DNA of 64,000 nucleotides from the human T2T-CHM13v2.0 reference genome, Homo sapiens, in assembly GCF_009914755.1 (NCBI RefSeq), contig NC_060937.1; one strand, 5' to 3'. The position numbers were made by a program, and so were the translations under genes. The notes below the pieces were generated by a model. The model did no database searches and was not told the DNA's origin. It worked only from the letters and a program-made list of their open reading frames with translations. Positions 13,850 through 29,529 of the stretch are shown here, in pieces. The stretch's first letter is position 1, and each line of letters opens with the position of its first letter.

Positions 13850-14210
13850 TGTTATTACAAACAGTGTCTGTATCGAGTGCTGGAGAATATGTGGACAATA
13901 GGAACCAGCATTCTCTTCTGTCAGGAGTATGAACCAAAGTAGCCAATCCAGAGTACAATCTGACATTGCTCAAAGAAATTGAGAATGCACATTCCCAGGA
14001 CCCAGCAATTCACGTTTGAAAGAAGATATGAATGCAGCACTGTTTATAGTAATGGGAAGTTGGAACAGCTTCCTGTATTTCAGGTAAGTAGATAAGTTAA
14101 ATACAATTTTATGGTATACTCTTCAGCAGTTTCGTAGGTAAGAAGATGCATATTTACTTTTGTGAATAATTTTGAGTATAAGTTAAGAAAATGAATGTTT
14201 CTATGATATG
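13850..14210 (+). mobile_element. Old L1ME/L1M fragment
   Basis: gacccagcaattc and gcagcactgtttatagtaatgggaagttggaa resemble the L1 ORF2 3' end. Confidence 0.55.
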
Positions 14211-15664
14211 ATACTTTGCGTAAAATAAATACACATGTACACATATCTATGGGCACTTATAAAACTTTTTCTAAAGGTAGCCTTGGTGGGAAAGGAGATG
14301 AGAAAAAGATAAGTGGGGATACAAGGAACAGAGACACCTTAAATGTATAATGATGTTGAACCATGAAAAAGGAGACTAATCCAGTCAACTCTCTAGACAT
14401 TTTCAATGGAGTTAAAAGAAAAAAGAACCAGTAATAGTGATAAATACACCATGTATGTCTTCAATTTTTGAAACTCAACTATTATAAAGAATCATTCCAA
14501 TAGCACCAAGGAGATTTCAATATCTGAATTAGAAGAATTGATTGAACCTTCAAGTAATCTTATTAACTAAGAAACCTAGTAGCTGTTAGATTTTAGCAAT
14601 TTTCTTAGCAAAGTTTATTAGACATTTAATGTATTTATTACATTTCTTTATAACCCACATCAAAAATTGTTATGTTTAGTTCCAAAAAATAAAATATAAA
14701 GATTATAACCCTAGGATTTAAGCACATCGAATATTCTTAGACTGACTGAGAACATGTAAAAAATATCCTATACGATCAGATCCACTATAAAACAACTACG
14801 ATCTTTATTTCTATCTATTTTCTAAAAATCTCCCTTGTTTTTTAAGCAAAGAAGTAATTTGCTAGGAAGGAAATAATGTTCTAGTCTGGAATATTTTTAT
14901 TTCAGTGCCAAACCTAGCAATGTTAAGATATGAAGGCAACTTGACTATTTACATCAGTTCTGTAAGCAAATTACTCAAACTAATTGTTTCTGTATTAGTA
15001 CTGCTTTGAATTTCACTAAGACCAAAGAAGAATTGGTGTATATGGAATTCTGAAAGCCAGGCCTTGTGGTAGGTACTGGAGCAACAATAACAACAAAATA
15101 AAACCCCTACCTTCCAGGACCCTATGGCTTAATGAAGAAGACCAATTAGAGAGCAGTTATTTTCAACATAGTGTTCCTGTACCATAAGGAGGCAAAATGC
15201 AGGATTCTATCTAAAAACTCAAGGTCTCAGATTACCCTGGCTTTCTTTGAGAGAAAGAGACACTATGCTAAAACCTGAAGAATCAGTTTAGTTTTCTCAG
15301 ATGATGAAAGGAACAAACGTATTCCTAAAAAAGGGAAAATAAAATAATCAGTAAATGTACACAGGCAAGTATGTACACATACTAAATACTTTAGTATGGC
15401 AGGAATATATTATTCAGACTTGTAATTTGCATGAAATGAAGGAAAAGAGGTAAGCAGAATGCTTTTCAAGGGTTTTAAATCACTACGAGATGAGGGCTTT
15501 ACACTAGAGACAATGAGAGTCACTTAAGTATGACCCTGGCATGATTAAATTGCGCATCAAAAAAATAAACTTTTGATATGAAAACTTAATAGGAAGGGAG
15601 ATTTGTTAGGAGATATGAAAATCTGTTAAAACAAGCATGCATATCCTATGTAAAAACAAATGAA

Positions 15665-16075
15665 CGTTAAAAGAAAAAACTATGGGGAAAGAAAAAAGAT
15701 AAGGGTTTGCCAAGAGTTAAGGGGGAAGGAGGCATGAATACGTGAGGCACAGAATATTTTTAGGGCAGTAAAATTATTTCGTATGATGTATGATACTATA
15801 GAGATGAATACACATCATTATACATTTGTTAAAACCCATTAGATGGACAACACCAAGAGTGAACACTAATGTAAACTATGGACTTTGGGTGATAGTGATA
15901 TATCAATACAGGATCATCAGTTGTAACAAATGTGCCACTCAGGTGGGGGATGTTGGCAATGGCGGAGGTCATGCAGAAGGAAGCCTGGGAGTATATGAGA
16001 ACTCTCTGTACTTTCTACTCAATTTTGTTGTGAACCTAAACTGCTCTGAAAATAAAGTTAAATAATTAAAATAAT
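15665..16075 (+). mobile_element. L1MC1-like 3' end
   Basis: acaacaccaagagtgaacactaatgtaaactatggactttgggtgat and tgtgaacctaaactgctctgaaaataaagt. Confidence 0.85.
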
Positions 16076-16887
16076 AAAACATGGATTCAGTAGACCTGTA
16101 ATAAAAAGAGGACATATTTGAGAGTCAGTAAGAATGAGGAATGAACAGAAATTGTAGAAGGATTAGATACAGGAGAACACAGGAGAAGAGGAAGTGAAAG
16201 TACCACCCTGGTTTCTAACTTAAGGGTATGAAGTAAAGTGTGGTAACATTTAATAGTACATGGAATAGAGAACCAAGCGAGGGTGGGAGGTGTGTGAGCA
16301 ATGATCATTTATGACCCTACTGAATCTGGGGAACTCATTTGACACTGCAGTATAGATGGCTGGAAAGAGATAGACAGAGGCAGAGACCACTAACCTGAGG
16401 CCATGGCCCCAGGAAAGCAAGCTCCAACAAGTAGGCACTTTCACAGTGTCTGGACTTAGCATTACACAGGCTAGTCACGTAACACAGCTTTATGCTATGA
16501 CAGTGATATCGGTAGTAGATATTATCTCTTGTTTCCACCTACTTTAGGTCATCTGGATGTCAGAAAATTTCATCAATAGGGTCTCTGCCTCTTTCTGCCA
16601 CCACTTTCCAGCCATCTTTGCTGCACTGTCACATGTGCTCCCCAGATTCAGTAGATGGCCACCTCTAACAAGGCAGGCTTATTAGTAGAACCCGTATAAC
16701 AAAACAGTAAGAGTAAGCCAAGGTGGAGGAAAAGATTTATAGGGAAAATAATTGATAAAAATTATCCTGCTTTTTATCAGAAAGAAATTGAATTAAAATA
16801 AAATGAAAAAAGTCTGCTCCATCTCTATGGCAACAAAAGGATGGTTACTGAAAACTACTATGCTATGTGTGTTACTTCTGTTTGGTT

Positions 16888-16930
16888 TGTGTGTGTGTGT
16901 CTGTGTGTGTGTCTCTGTGTGTGTGTGTGT
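16888..16930. repeat. Interrupted (TG)n microsatellite
   Basis: Direct reading. Confidence 0.9.
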
Positions 16931-17515
16931 CCTTAACTGAGCACTGGGTGTCTATTTACTGTTAAGAGCCTAATTCCATAAACATCATTTTCTTAATACA
17001 AAATTAGGCTTTTTTTAATCAAGAAAAAAATGCATTTGGGTAAATGTGATTTTAGAAAAGGTCATTTAGTAAAAGAATTGGCATGTGCAGAGCTCTTACC
17101 ACTGAGGAGAATGAATTAGAATTCAATGACCTACTTTCAAACTTGCTCTCATGGCTAGGAATCCAATATCGTTCTGAAGGCTTGTGAAAAAGTTGAGAAG
17201 ATGACCTTTGAAAACATGAGCCTAGGAAGGACCTAAGAAACAAAATCCACGTCTGTAGAAGGCATGAGATTTTTACATTTTGGCTTTCATAGCCAAAATG
17301 ATGATGATAATGAATAATAATTGAAGTCCTGCATGTTGTGAGGTAGGCAAACTGCAGTGGTGGAGCCAAGTCAAGAGTGGAGAAGCTTCTGGGAGGACAC
17401 GCTCTTTATGAAGGACCAAATCTTCACTTCCCCTATGCAGGAAAGGAGAAAACCTAAGTTCACTGAAACTATAAATATTCTTCCTTATATGTGGATAATT
17501 CTGAAATTACCTGAA

Positions 17516-17998
17516 TGTATTAGTCAGGGTTTGCCTAAGAAACAGAACCAATAGAATGTGTATAGCTAGATACATGTCTTTATCTATCTATCTATCTTTC
17601 TATCTATCTATCTATCTATCTGTCTATCTATCTATCTATCTGGAAATTTTAAGGAATTGGTATACATTATAATGGAAGCTGGCAATTCCAGATTCTGCAG
17701 GGTCGGTGGCAGACTGGAGACCCAGGGAAGAGCTGATTTTGTTGCAGTTCAAGTATGAAGTTAATCTTCCAACAGAATCCTCTTTTCCTGGGAGTATAGT
17801 CTTTTTTTCTCTTAAGGCCTTCAACTGATTGGTTGAGGCCTACCCACATTATGGAGTGCAATTTGCTTGACTCAAGGTCTACTGATTTCAATATTAATCT
17901 CATCTAACAACCCCTTCACAGAAACATCTAGAATAATATTTGACCAAATATCTGGGTGCCATGGCCTAGCCAAGGTGCACATAAAATTAAACACCACA
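17516..17998 (-). mobile_element. MLT2D/MLT2C-type solo LTR containing (TCTA)n at ~17577-17640
   Basis: tgtattagtcagggtt...cataaaattaaacaccaca termini; TSD ctgaa/ctgat. Confidence 0.88.
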
Positions 17999-20224
17999 CT
18001 GATATTTTTCCAAAATTTGTGAATTTATGTCTCAGTTTAATAAACTGGCCTTTGATATTGGGCACAAGAGGCGAATGGCCAAGGAAAAGCAAATGTGCTT
18101 TGCCACACTTTCTTCTAGATGCCTACTGATATATGGAGCAAGTCTAATAGATAATAGTGCCAAATGGGGCCAGCAGAAGAGAGGGAGGGAGGGAAAGATA
18201 ATGCAGGCTGCCCACATGCCAGAGATTAGGAAAACAAGTTTTCTAATTTCCCTACAAGTTATAAAGCAGCTGGAGTCTGTCGTCTTCTAGCTAATACTGA
18301 AAAAAAGGCCTTTTGCCTCTAAAAGTACTTCAAATATATTTAAGATTCCAACTCTCTCCCTGTCTTTAGGGTAGTAATAAAGACTAAATAAGTAGTGTCT
18401 GAATCTATGGCAGATATCAATGAAATATCAAAAATCTTTGCATGCCCATGTAACCCAGATTTGTGACTTCTAAGAAAATGTATCTCTTTGCTAATCTCAT
18501 TCATATCTGGTCTTCAAGAATATAACCTTGGAAGTTGACATTTGGATTTATAAACATAGTGTTCTGTTATGTCTAGAAATGCTGTCCCTACAGTTAGTTC
18601 TAAAGCCATCCAAATGTGGCTTATGTGAAACCAATCTCAGGGAGTGTAGTTTTAAGATGATGTACTCAGTCAGTCAGAGAAAATATGACTTGCTATATTT
18701 TGAAAGAGCTCAAATATTTTATAGTCCAAGGATCATTTCTCAGTCAGATGTTACATCAATCGTAAGGTATATCCGAGTAATTATCTTCCCATCTTCAAAT
18801 CTACTTGTTGTGAAACTACCTCTTTTCCTCCAGCCAACAACCCCCAGCCTATAGGAGATCATAGGCTATGAATCCTGAGCTAGCAGTTATCCCCAAAAGT
18901 TAGCAATTTGGACCATGGCTAAGGTCTCTGTTCTTATATTTTCCAGGGCATGGCAGATGGGCTTGGCCATGAAAACTCCTTACCAGAGAACATGAGTCCG
19001 TGGCTCTAAAAACAACTACAACCCAAGTACAGACACAAAGAGCCTAGTATGAAGTCAGTTGCACAGACGCAGCCCTGGTATACAGTGGACTCACAGCCTC
19101 TTGTTTCTAATAATTTCCCAGAACACCCGTGTGGTAAGCTTTTTGGTGGAACTGGTTATGATAATCTGGAGTGAAGTTTAGAGTTTGAGTAAGAAATGAA
19201 GTAGTGAATGAGCAATGGCAGCAGCAGCAAGTTCTGTGCTTCAACAGCTGATTTCCATTCATGGGACCTGTTATGTTAGGTAGACCCACTCTGGGGCTGC
19301 TTTCCATCATTCATGCCCTGTCACGCAGGCTGACACCAGATACTTTGATATGGTGAAGAAGGACCTATTTAGGTAAATGAAATTCCCAAAGGTTTATGAA
19401 TATGGACTCTAGAAGGGGAGGAGATCTTGTCCCCAAATCTTTCATTTGCATATCCTGCTAAACTTACCTGTCATTAACAGTATTCTATCAATCCTGTTAA
19501 TGTTGTAAATGTTTAGCGTTCTAAGGTATATATTGGTAAGTTCTGACAACACTGCTGTTCCATAGTAAATCTAACTGATTTAAAAGCAGGAGTCAGATAA
19601 TGGAAACAGATCTGGAGGCAGGGTTTGAGGCCCTGCAAGTACATAAAAGAAACAATTAGGTATGTTTCTTGGCCTGATTTTCTAGGGACCAAGTAGGATA
19701 AAGTAACCATCGGGGGGGATGTACAGAATATCAAACTTCTTATCATAAAATATTGACTTACCAGCTGCAGTAAGGTGAAGCTTTCTTAGACATGGAATTC
19801 TTAGAATAGCCATATCTGGTCTCTTAATATCACCTATGAGCCATGTGTCATTCAGCACATTTATAACAGCATATGGCTAAGAACAAGGTCTGGGAACATG
19901 GTGCAGTGTCAAATACAGATACATCATTTACTAAAAGTTAATTCTACTGTGCTGAGAAAACATATTTAATGGGCAATATCTATGTCCAAAAACAACTACT
20001 GAATGACAGGCAAGCTTGATTGGAAAGACATAAGGCAGTACACAAAAGAAAAATTGTAAGGACACAAGCAAGAGACCTACAGTGGATGTGGTGTGGCTGT
20101 GGAATGCTTGGGGGAAAAAAATGAACGCATAATCAGTTTGAAGTAATTGCAGTAAGAGGAATGACTCATTTTGAGCAAGGACAGCCTTTGAAAGAAAAGG
20201 AGTCATAAACAGAGTTGGCAATGA

Positions 20225-20470
20225 TTATTAACTTCCATTTGTATGCTGCACAACACATTCCAAAACACTTCCACATGTTTTATCTTAGTCGAATTGGAAA
20301 ACAATCCTGAAAGTCAGAAAAAGCAGGTATTGTTCTCCCTGTTTTGTATGCAAGGAAAGGAATGCAGAGAGGTTAATTGACTGGCCGAGGTCACATTGCT
20401 AGTTAGAGAACCAGCAAGGAAGAGAACCTAGGTTTCCAGAATCTCAGTGTAATGTATTTTAACCACCCCT
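20225..20470 (-). mobile_element. MIR
   Basis: cagagaggttaattgactggccgaggtcacattgctagt MIR core. Confidence 0.75.
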
Positions 20471-23400
20471 GGCTGCACACAGCAGTTTTGCTGAACAAAG
20501 AAATTCTTCACTTATGTACAGCTTAGAGAACCCTGGCGTTTTTATCCAGCCTCTTCCTATTAATAACAATGATGTCAATTTCACCCCTCTCCAGCTATGA
20601 AATCATATGACCCCAGAGGTCACTGGGTTCATCCACCATCACACAACGTTCACCAGCCCAAGATCAAATTAACCTTTTTGCATTACTACCAAAATGTTTA
20701 CTCCTATTCACCTTAAGGCCAAACATACACTTCATAGACATGTATGATGCATAGAATTACTTAGCTTTACTTAGAAAAATAGAATCCTTGCTAAAGAACA
20801 TATTCCAATTGCTTTACCTTGGTGGAGAGGAGACATAAGAAGAATATGAGGTAATTACAATGTCTATTATGACCTCAGGCTATAGGCCTTAAAACACCAC
20901 CTTAAAAATACAAAAGGATAGTTGATGTTTATTTTCCGACCTAACTTGTAATTTGCTATATTCCATATATCTAAATCAAATTCCACTGCAATCAGAGCTA
21001 GAATTCCACAGCAATCAATGCCTGCAGTCAGGCTGGAAAAAAACAGTTGCATTTGGGTGTCTAATCACTACCTGTCAATACCTGCTGTTGAACAGGAGTG
21101 GGCTCCACTTTCAATTGTCAAACAATTGATTTTTCCAGGCGATGTGGATGAAGTGGACAAGAAAAGCTCCTGTGTTTTCATCCACGACCCTCCTGCTTGG
21201 AACAACTGAACCCCAAATCAAAATAATTTCACTCCACATCCTAATTATATCAGTTGTCAACATCTCTAGCATCAAAAATATCCCGTTTATTCCAGTTCAG
21301 TATGTCAAGCACAAGAAAATATAATCACAAGTGGGAGCGAAAAGAAACATGATGTGAATCGAGAGAGCTGTTTTGCATGAGGCAAAACTGCACTGTAGTT
21401 TGCATTCGAATCTATTTCAGCATTTGAAGATATGCAATTCTTCTCCTACAAGGGTATTATAATTGATTGTGTGATTTGTATAAATAAATGAGGCTTAAAA
21501 GAAAACCACATGACTTAAAGTTCTTTCACTAGTAAGAATATGTGTAATTTGTTCTCCAGTTGGAGACTTAGAATACTGCTGGAAAAACCTAAATTTGTTT
21601 AATGTTCTGCCTCTTTCCTCATTGGCTGCCTAATGTTTTTAATCTATTCAGTTCAGACCATTTCTGATTGATGGGCACCATCAGAATCTAGCTGCGGATA
21701 CAGCTTCCCTGCAATCAATAGCAGTGGGACAAGTCTTCATGTTATATATAAGAATATTCACATAGTTCCTTTGCCATACTTTAGCAAGGCACATTTTCTT
21801 TTTCTTTATTAAGCAAAATCAATTCCATACACTTGTGTTTCAAAGTAAATGGCAAGACACTAATATAAGTACTGCAGAGAAAAAAGCAATACAAGATATG
21901 GCCTCTGATTAAAAAAAAAAGAAGTTGAGATTGACAAATTTTGAGCCCTTACCATCTGGGCTATGCCAAGTCTTTTAAATGTAAAGATGGATGTCCAACT
22001 CATTCTTGTAAATAAAAGGACTGGGACTTACAGAGATTGAATCATTTGCTAAAGGTCACTGAGAGAATGCATAGCACGTCTCTGGTTCCAAAAATTTTCC
22101 AGTGTTTTGTGCAACACATTACAGTCTCCCAAAACAGATCCTGTTGTCTCATGGAGAAATAAGACACAGAAGTGATATGTCACACAATTACAGTGCAAAT
22201 GAGATATAGAAGGCCATTTCTTAGTAGTCATAAAGATACTAGTTACCGTGGTAACAATACTCTAGGAGCATAGTGATCCTGGAAATTATTTCAGGTGAAG
22301 ATGTTTAAGAAGGCCTTTGGGGGAGTTAAGAGAATTAAACTACTTCTTAAAGAATGAGAGAATTTGAATGAGATGAGAATAATGAGCTCAGTATTGTGCC
22401 ATAGGGGAACAGTATGAGCAAAAAACTCAACGGATGTTTAAAGCAATGTGCCCAAGTATTTCAGTAGGATGCAGGGCTTGATTTAAATGCCCTCTTCAAT
22501 CTCAAAAATTTAACTAGTTAGAATATGGTAGACACTGGATAGGTACAGTGTAAGTCAGGCTCTCTTGCCTATTCAAAAATCTCTGCCTTAATGGCTACAT
22601 GATTACTTGAAATTCTCATGAATATCAGCTTTCTTTCAATTTAATGTTTTAACTTCACATAGTCACTCTGGCATCTCTTGATGAAAGTCAACATTTTCTT
22701 GAAGTTCTTCATACATTAACCCTTGTGCTGTCACCAATATGCTTGTTTCCAGATTGTCATGGATGTAAGACCCCAAATAGTTATTTTAATTCTGAGGCTT
22801 GTGAAAGGGTCAATAAGCATGAGATATTGCCTATGGAAAATGAATCAGGAGTAGGTGGGCAGTGAAGGGAGAAAAGATGGAGAAGTCCCCTTAAATGATA
22901 TATACTGATAACACACAAGGTGGTTTTAGTGAGGGCTGGCTGAATGGAAACATTTCACATACACTATAGCATGAAGGTCAACAAGTATGGTTATTGCTGA
23001 TTCCTTGGAGTTCTCCAGATTCATCTCTAGTAGTTCCTACATTTGGAGAAAGACTATTACTTGGGAACAAATCTATTCTTCACAATATTAAAGATTAAAC
23101 AGTATCTTCATGTTGTGTGATAGAAAATTGCTGAAATTATTTACTAAATGCCAAGACTTTCCATTGTGTGATATTTCAGACCATCACAAAGTACCCATGT
23201 AGTTTTATCTCGTGGGAATCTTAACTGTAGACATAATGGATAAATTGTTATGAGAAAGAATGAAATGAGATGCAGAAACAGCTAATAATATATTGTCAAA
23301 GTCATTGTTACCATAATAAAAGCACTCTGTTGCTTTTGCCCCCTAAACCTCTTTTTCTGCATTTGGTATGAGATATATATATATATATTATGATAAATAA

Positions 23401-23659
23401 CACTGTTTTCTCTTTGGCAGCAACGCATATTGAACATCTTTGCCTTTCACAATCACTTAATTTTTTTATACAAAATAGTTAGCAAATAGTACTTACTTCT
23501 GGAATCTATACTGTCCTCAAGTAATGTATCCGAGATTCTTGTAATATCTGAAATGATTAGGAATTATTAAGTACCTATCAGCATATAGCAGATGCTTGAT
23601 AACTATTTGTTGAATAAATAAAATACCTGGATGATTAAAGAAGGACTAAGGGCACACAT

Positions 23660-23870
23660 TTACATAATCCATATTATATGCTACTTTACATGGTTTACAA
23701 ATTTTACATATTATTTAATATTTATAACAATCTTATTATTAAAGGTAAACTATTATTCCCCTATTACAGATTTTAAAAATTGAGTACTACATTGTTAGTA
23801 AATTACCAACCAAATATTTAAACCCAGGCACTCCGACACAAGTCATTTCTATTAACTATTCTGCTGTGAA
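23660..23870 (-). mobile_element. MIR (degraded)
   Basis: tattattcccctattacagat...atttaaacccaggcactccgac. Confidence 0.55.
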
Positions 23871-24052
23871 TGAATTAAGTTCAACAAATGAATAATTGGA
23901 ACTACCTAGTTTCTTAAGATGTCTCCCACTCATTTTTTAATAAAATCGTTAGCTATAATCAATTTTATTGTTATATGTCACATTGTGATTCCTTAATGGA
24001 ATTTTGATAAAATACACATTTATAATAATTGTTGAAATTTCTCATTGAGTCC

Positions 24053-24412
24053 TGATATGGTTTGGCTGTTTCCCCACCCAAATCTTATCCTGAGTTGTAA
24101 TAATCCCCACGTTTCAAGGGCAGGACCAGGTGGAGATAATTGAATGAGTAGTGTGGTTTCCCCCACACTGTTCTCATGATAGTGAGTGAGTTCTCAAGAG
24201 ATCTGATGGTTTTATAAGGGGCTTTCCCCTTCCTTTTGCTCTGCACTTCTCCTTCCTGTTGCCTTGTAAAGAAGGACATGATTGCTGCCATGATTGTAAG
24301 TTTTCTGAGGCCTCCCCAGCCCTGCAAAACTGTGAGCCAATTAAACCTCCTTCCTTTATAAATTACCCCGTCTCAAGTATTTCTTCATAGGAGTGTGGAA
24401 TGGACTAATACA
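24053..24412 (+). mobile_element. THE1D/MSTA-like solo LTR
   Basis: tgatatggtttggctg...ggactaataca termini; degenerate TSD agtcc/agtat. Confidence 0.92.
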
Positions 24413-27179
24413 AGTATTATATCAGTTTATGAAAACAACACAGTGTATGGGATTTCCTCAGTTTTAGGGATCCTATGATATACTACCTAGACAATGCAAA
24501 TTAAAGTCAGATTGCTGATGTCAATACTAGTAGCACCACAGGGAAGATAAAAACCAACAATTGGGAGATTACATCATTACAGATGTAATTTCCTCAACAT
24601 CTTTAAGTGTACCTAACGAAAGATTGATAGCAAATTTAATGAGCAGCTGTTCTTATGCTGAATGCACATGATGCTATTATATAAAATGGAAACAACTGGA
24701 AATGTGTCAGAAATGCGCTTTACATCATTAGTCAAAAATGCCATTGATTGATCAGTATCATACTGTGTTTGGCCCCAGCAACTACTTCTGCATTGTTCAG
24801 GACAAATGACATGTAAAAGAAAGTTTCAGGTAAAATCCATGTTTAAGAAAAAAAAACATTTTTTCATAAAGAAAATGTCAGTGTCTTTTTGAAGCAATAT
24901 GACAATGAACTGTCTCCTGTCACATAAAGGAAAGTAACTCTTTTGGCAAATTATGTTGTCTTATCTTTTGCCAGGTACTCATTTGGTAAACTGCTGCATA
25001 TATTGTTTTACTCTCATAGCTATAAATTATATCTGGTTTCTTCTAAATTGCAACTTATTTAATGGACAATTATTGAGAAATTATTTCTGCATGACTTGAC
25101 TGGTGAAATGTAAGGGAGAAATGGAGGTCATTTAATGTTTTAGGGAATGTAGTCCCAGACTGAAAGGAGAACACAGCATAATGAATAGAAGTTTACTCTT
25201 AGTGTGTTCCACATATTCCCCTTTAGCTTTCCCTTTTCACATTGACTAGGTTAATTAATAAGACTCATTGATTAAATAATGGTAGAAAGGGCCATCACAG
25301 CAACCAGAAGCAGAAATCATACAAATTTGGTTGCAACAAGACCTCGCAAACTCACAGGTTCTTGTTTTTGACTTTGCTTAATTCTCTTCCCCACCTTTTG
25401 GGAATGAGTGAGGAGAGAGGCACTAATTGACCCAAAAGAGTGGGAATACTACCAGGGCAAAGTATGGCAAAATTCTTCTAAAGCATGAAGAAGATCAACC
25501 AACTAATTTGGAGAGGGAATTTAAGAGGTTTATCTTGTTATGGTCAGATAGGAAAATGACCTTGTTACTACTCTGAAGATTGGTCATTTCAATGACAAAA
25601 CACAGAAAAAGGAGGATCTGAAGAAGTATTATTAAATGTTTCATATTAAAGGGAAAGCAGATAATTCAAAATTATAAACTCCTATTATTTTTAAACACAG
25701 AAGAAAAGTAATACCCCAGAATTTAAACTCAAAATCAGTAGTTCCCATTCCCTTCACAACCTTTTCAAGTTTTCATTTAATCATATCAGTTACTGGTTAT
25801 CTGATAGTAATGGCTATAATTTTAAAAATATGCATATAGAACTCTTTCACAATATATGAGCTTTTCTATTATCTTTGCCTCTTGCAATGAAAGATGGGGG
25901 CGCAATAAATTTAACTTACTGCCACTTCCTCTATCGTTCCTCATACCCACTATATCAAAATTTTTAATTATTTTTAGTGTTTCGACAGATTATTTTGTAA
26001 CTGTAAGTGATACATGTTCTCTATTTCTTACTGAATCTCCTTTAGACATTCTCTCTTATTTTCCTTACTAGGTATGAATATTAGCACTTTTCTACCACCC
26101 ACTCCATTTTTCAATAGTTACAGCTCCCTACCCTTATCTTATCAGGGTTAGTCATTTGTCCTTTAAAAATAATTAGGCACTTAGTCTTTTGTCCACAGAT
26201 GATTTCTGAAGGTTAAAAACCAATAAACATTTACATAAATCTGTGTATATAAATATTTCTCATTGCAAAACCCACAGGAAAGCTAAGAAGCATTTCCTTC
26301 TTCAATTTACTAGCCTCTATAAGGTCCAAGGTCAGGACAAGAGTGTTGCTCACAGTGGAGTGTTCCTAATACCAAGGACAAACAAAATTTTATTTTCTTA
26401 TGTTTCATTAATTGTTCCCAAGAATAACACATTTTCCCTTGCCTCATATGTAGACCTTGACTTTCTATTACTCATGTTTTGTTGTCGTTTTGTTTTGTGT
26501 GTTTGTTTTTCCTGACTTTTCTAATTTTCAACTATTTTATCTTGTAAGAAAAAGAAACATTTATGTATATATAATATATATATACATCACTAGTATATTC
26601 CAGCTTTTTATATAATTACTCGACTGTTCACTAGCCAATGTCTTTTAGATGTGCATTTTAGAGCCACTGATGTTTAGTCTTATAACTACTTTCAATGCCT
26701 GTTCAGAATTGTCCTTTTAGGATTTCATTTTCTTGAGCTCTGCTTCTGAAATAGTACATGGAGGAGAGTTGTTTAAAATGCTATCATTTACGAAAATGCA
26801 TTTATTTTCATTTATAATTGATGGACAGTTTGTCTCAGAGATGAATACCAGCTTGAATAGCACTTCTCTTAAAAATCTGAGGTTGTTTTATCTTTATCTT
26901 CCATGACCCACAGCTTTTGATAAATATATAGGTCTTAGCCTTGCTTCTTTGGTGCTAACCTGCTTTTTTTTTTTTTTTTACAATCTTGAAGTTTTTAATA
27001 ATTCTCCTTATTCCTATAACATTGACAATTCAGAAAGTAAACTTACATGTGGGGCTTTTAAAATTTCTTCTGCATGCCAATTTGTGAATATCTTTGATTT
27101 AAATTCTTGTATCATTTATTAAGCCTGGCAAATTTTCTTTTTTTCCTTTAGTGTCTTCCTTGCATTTTTTTCTTTCTCT

Positions 27180-28510
<1,331 letters not shown>

Positions 28511-28519
28511 TACTTGTAA

Positions 28520-29230
28520 TTCAAGGACTGTGACACCTTAGAAAAAGAATGCAGAGGGGTGAACCCTACAACTGCCTCAGCTTATTACTTAGAGGCAATT
28601 GCTCTATTGAGAGGTGCGGGGAGACAGTACCCTGCCAGAGTCATGCGATGTAGCTTAGTGGAGGGAGGGCAAGATAGCTAGAGTCTGTAGGGCAGAATAC
28701 TAGAGAGAAAGTGGTGGTAGAGAGAGAGAATCTAGAGACTTGTAGAGGGAACCCCTGGAAGTCTTGGTTAAATACTTATCTGTATGTGCATAAGAAGAAA
28801 TTACCTAGGACTAGAGAAAGCATGATGCAAACAGTTTGTGTCCTATGAGCCAGAGCAGAAAGATCTTACAAACACAGAATATTGGATAGAATCCTAAAAA
28901 GGGATATAATCTCAGTAGAGCTAAATTAGCCATATACTAAAGAATTCCATAACACCCACATAACTGAGAATTAAGTTAGAATGCAAAAAGACCAATCTAA
29001 TTTCAGGTAACTTAATTGAGCAAAATCCAACACCAAGCAATATAAAATTCAGAGTATACAATAGCCAAACAAAATTTACCAGGCATGCAAAGAGTAGGAA
29101 AAATATGGCCCATAACTATAGACAAAAAAATAAATCAGTGTAAACAAAGCCAGACATGATGGAATTAGTAGCTGTTGTAAAAATACACCATATGTTCAAG
29201 AAGATAGAGGAAATCGTTAACAGGGTTAGA
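28520..29230 (+). mobile_element. Old L1M 5'-region fragment
   Basis: caaaatttaccaggcatgcaaagagtaggaaaaatatggcccataac resembles the L1M ORF1 upstream region. Confidence 0.55.
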
Positions 29231-29529
29231 AAGAAAAAGATATACATTTTATTTTTAGTAGCTTATTGGTGATATATAAAAACAAAATTAAATTTTATGT
29301 ATTGATGTTGAATGAAGATATGCAGGTCAGATAACCCTTCAAGAACGGCCTTGCTTTCCAGCTGCAAAAATTGATTGGCTGATATTTTTTATTTTAGTTC
29401 TCTCTAGATATGCCTCAGTATTTGGTCTGAGGTCATACTCTTCAGAATGACCCCTGGATAATGACTAAGCAAGAAGATAGTAACGGAAGTCTTTCTTCTT
29501 CATATGCCCCTAAACAATAGCTAATGCAA

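Noticed and set aside
18947-19372. Plus-strand exon-like segments 18947-19133 and 19329-19372
   Set aside because: Splice-like signals are present but there is no coherent ORF or recognisable peptide; expected by chance.
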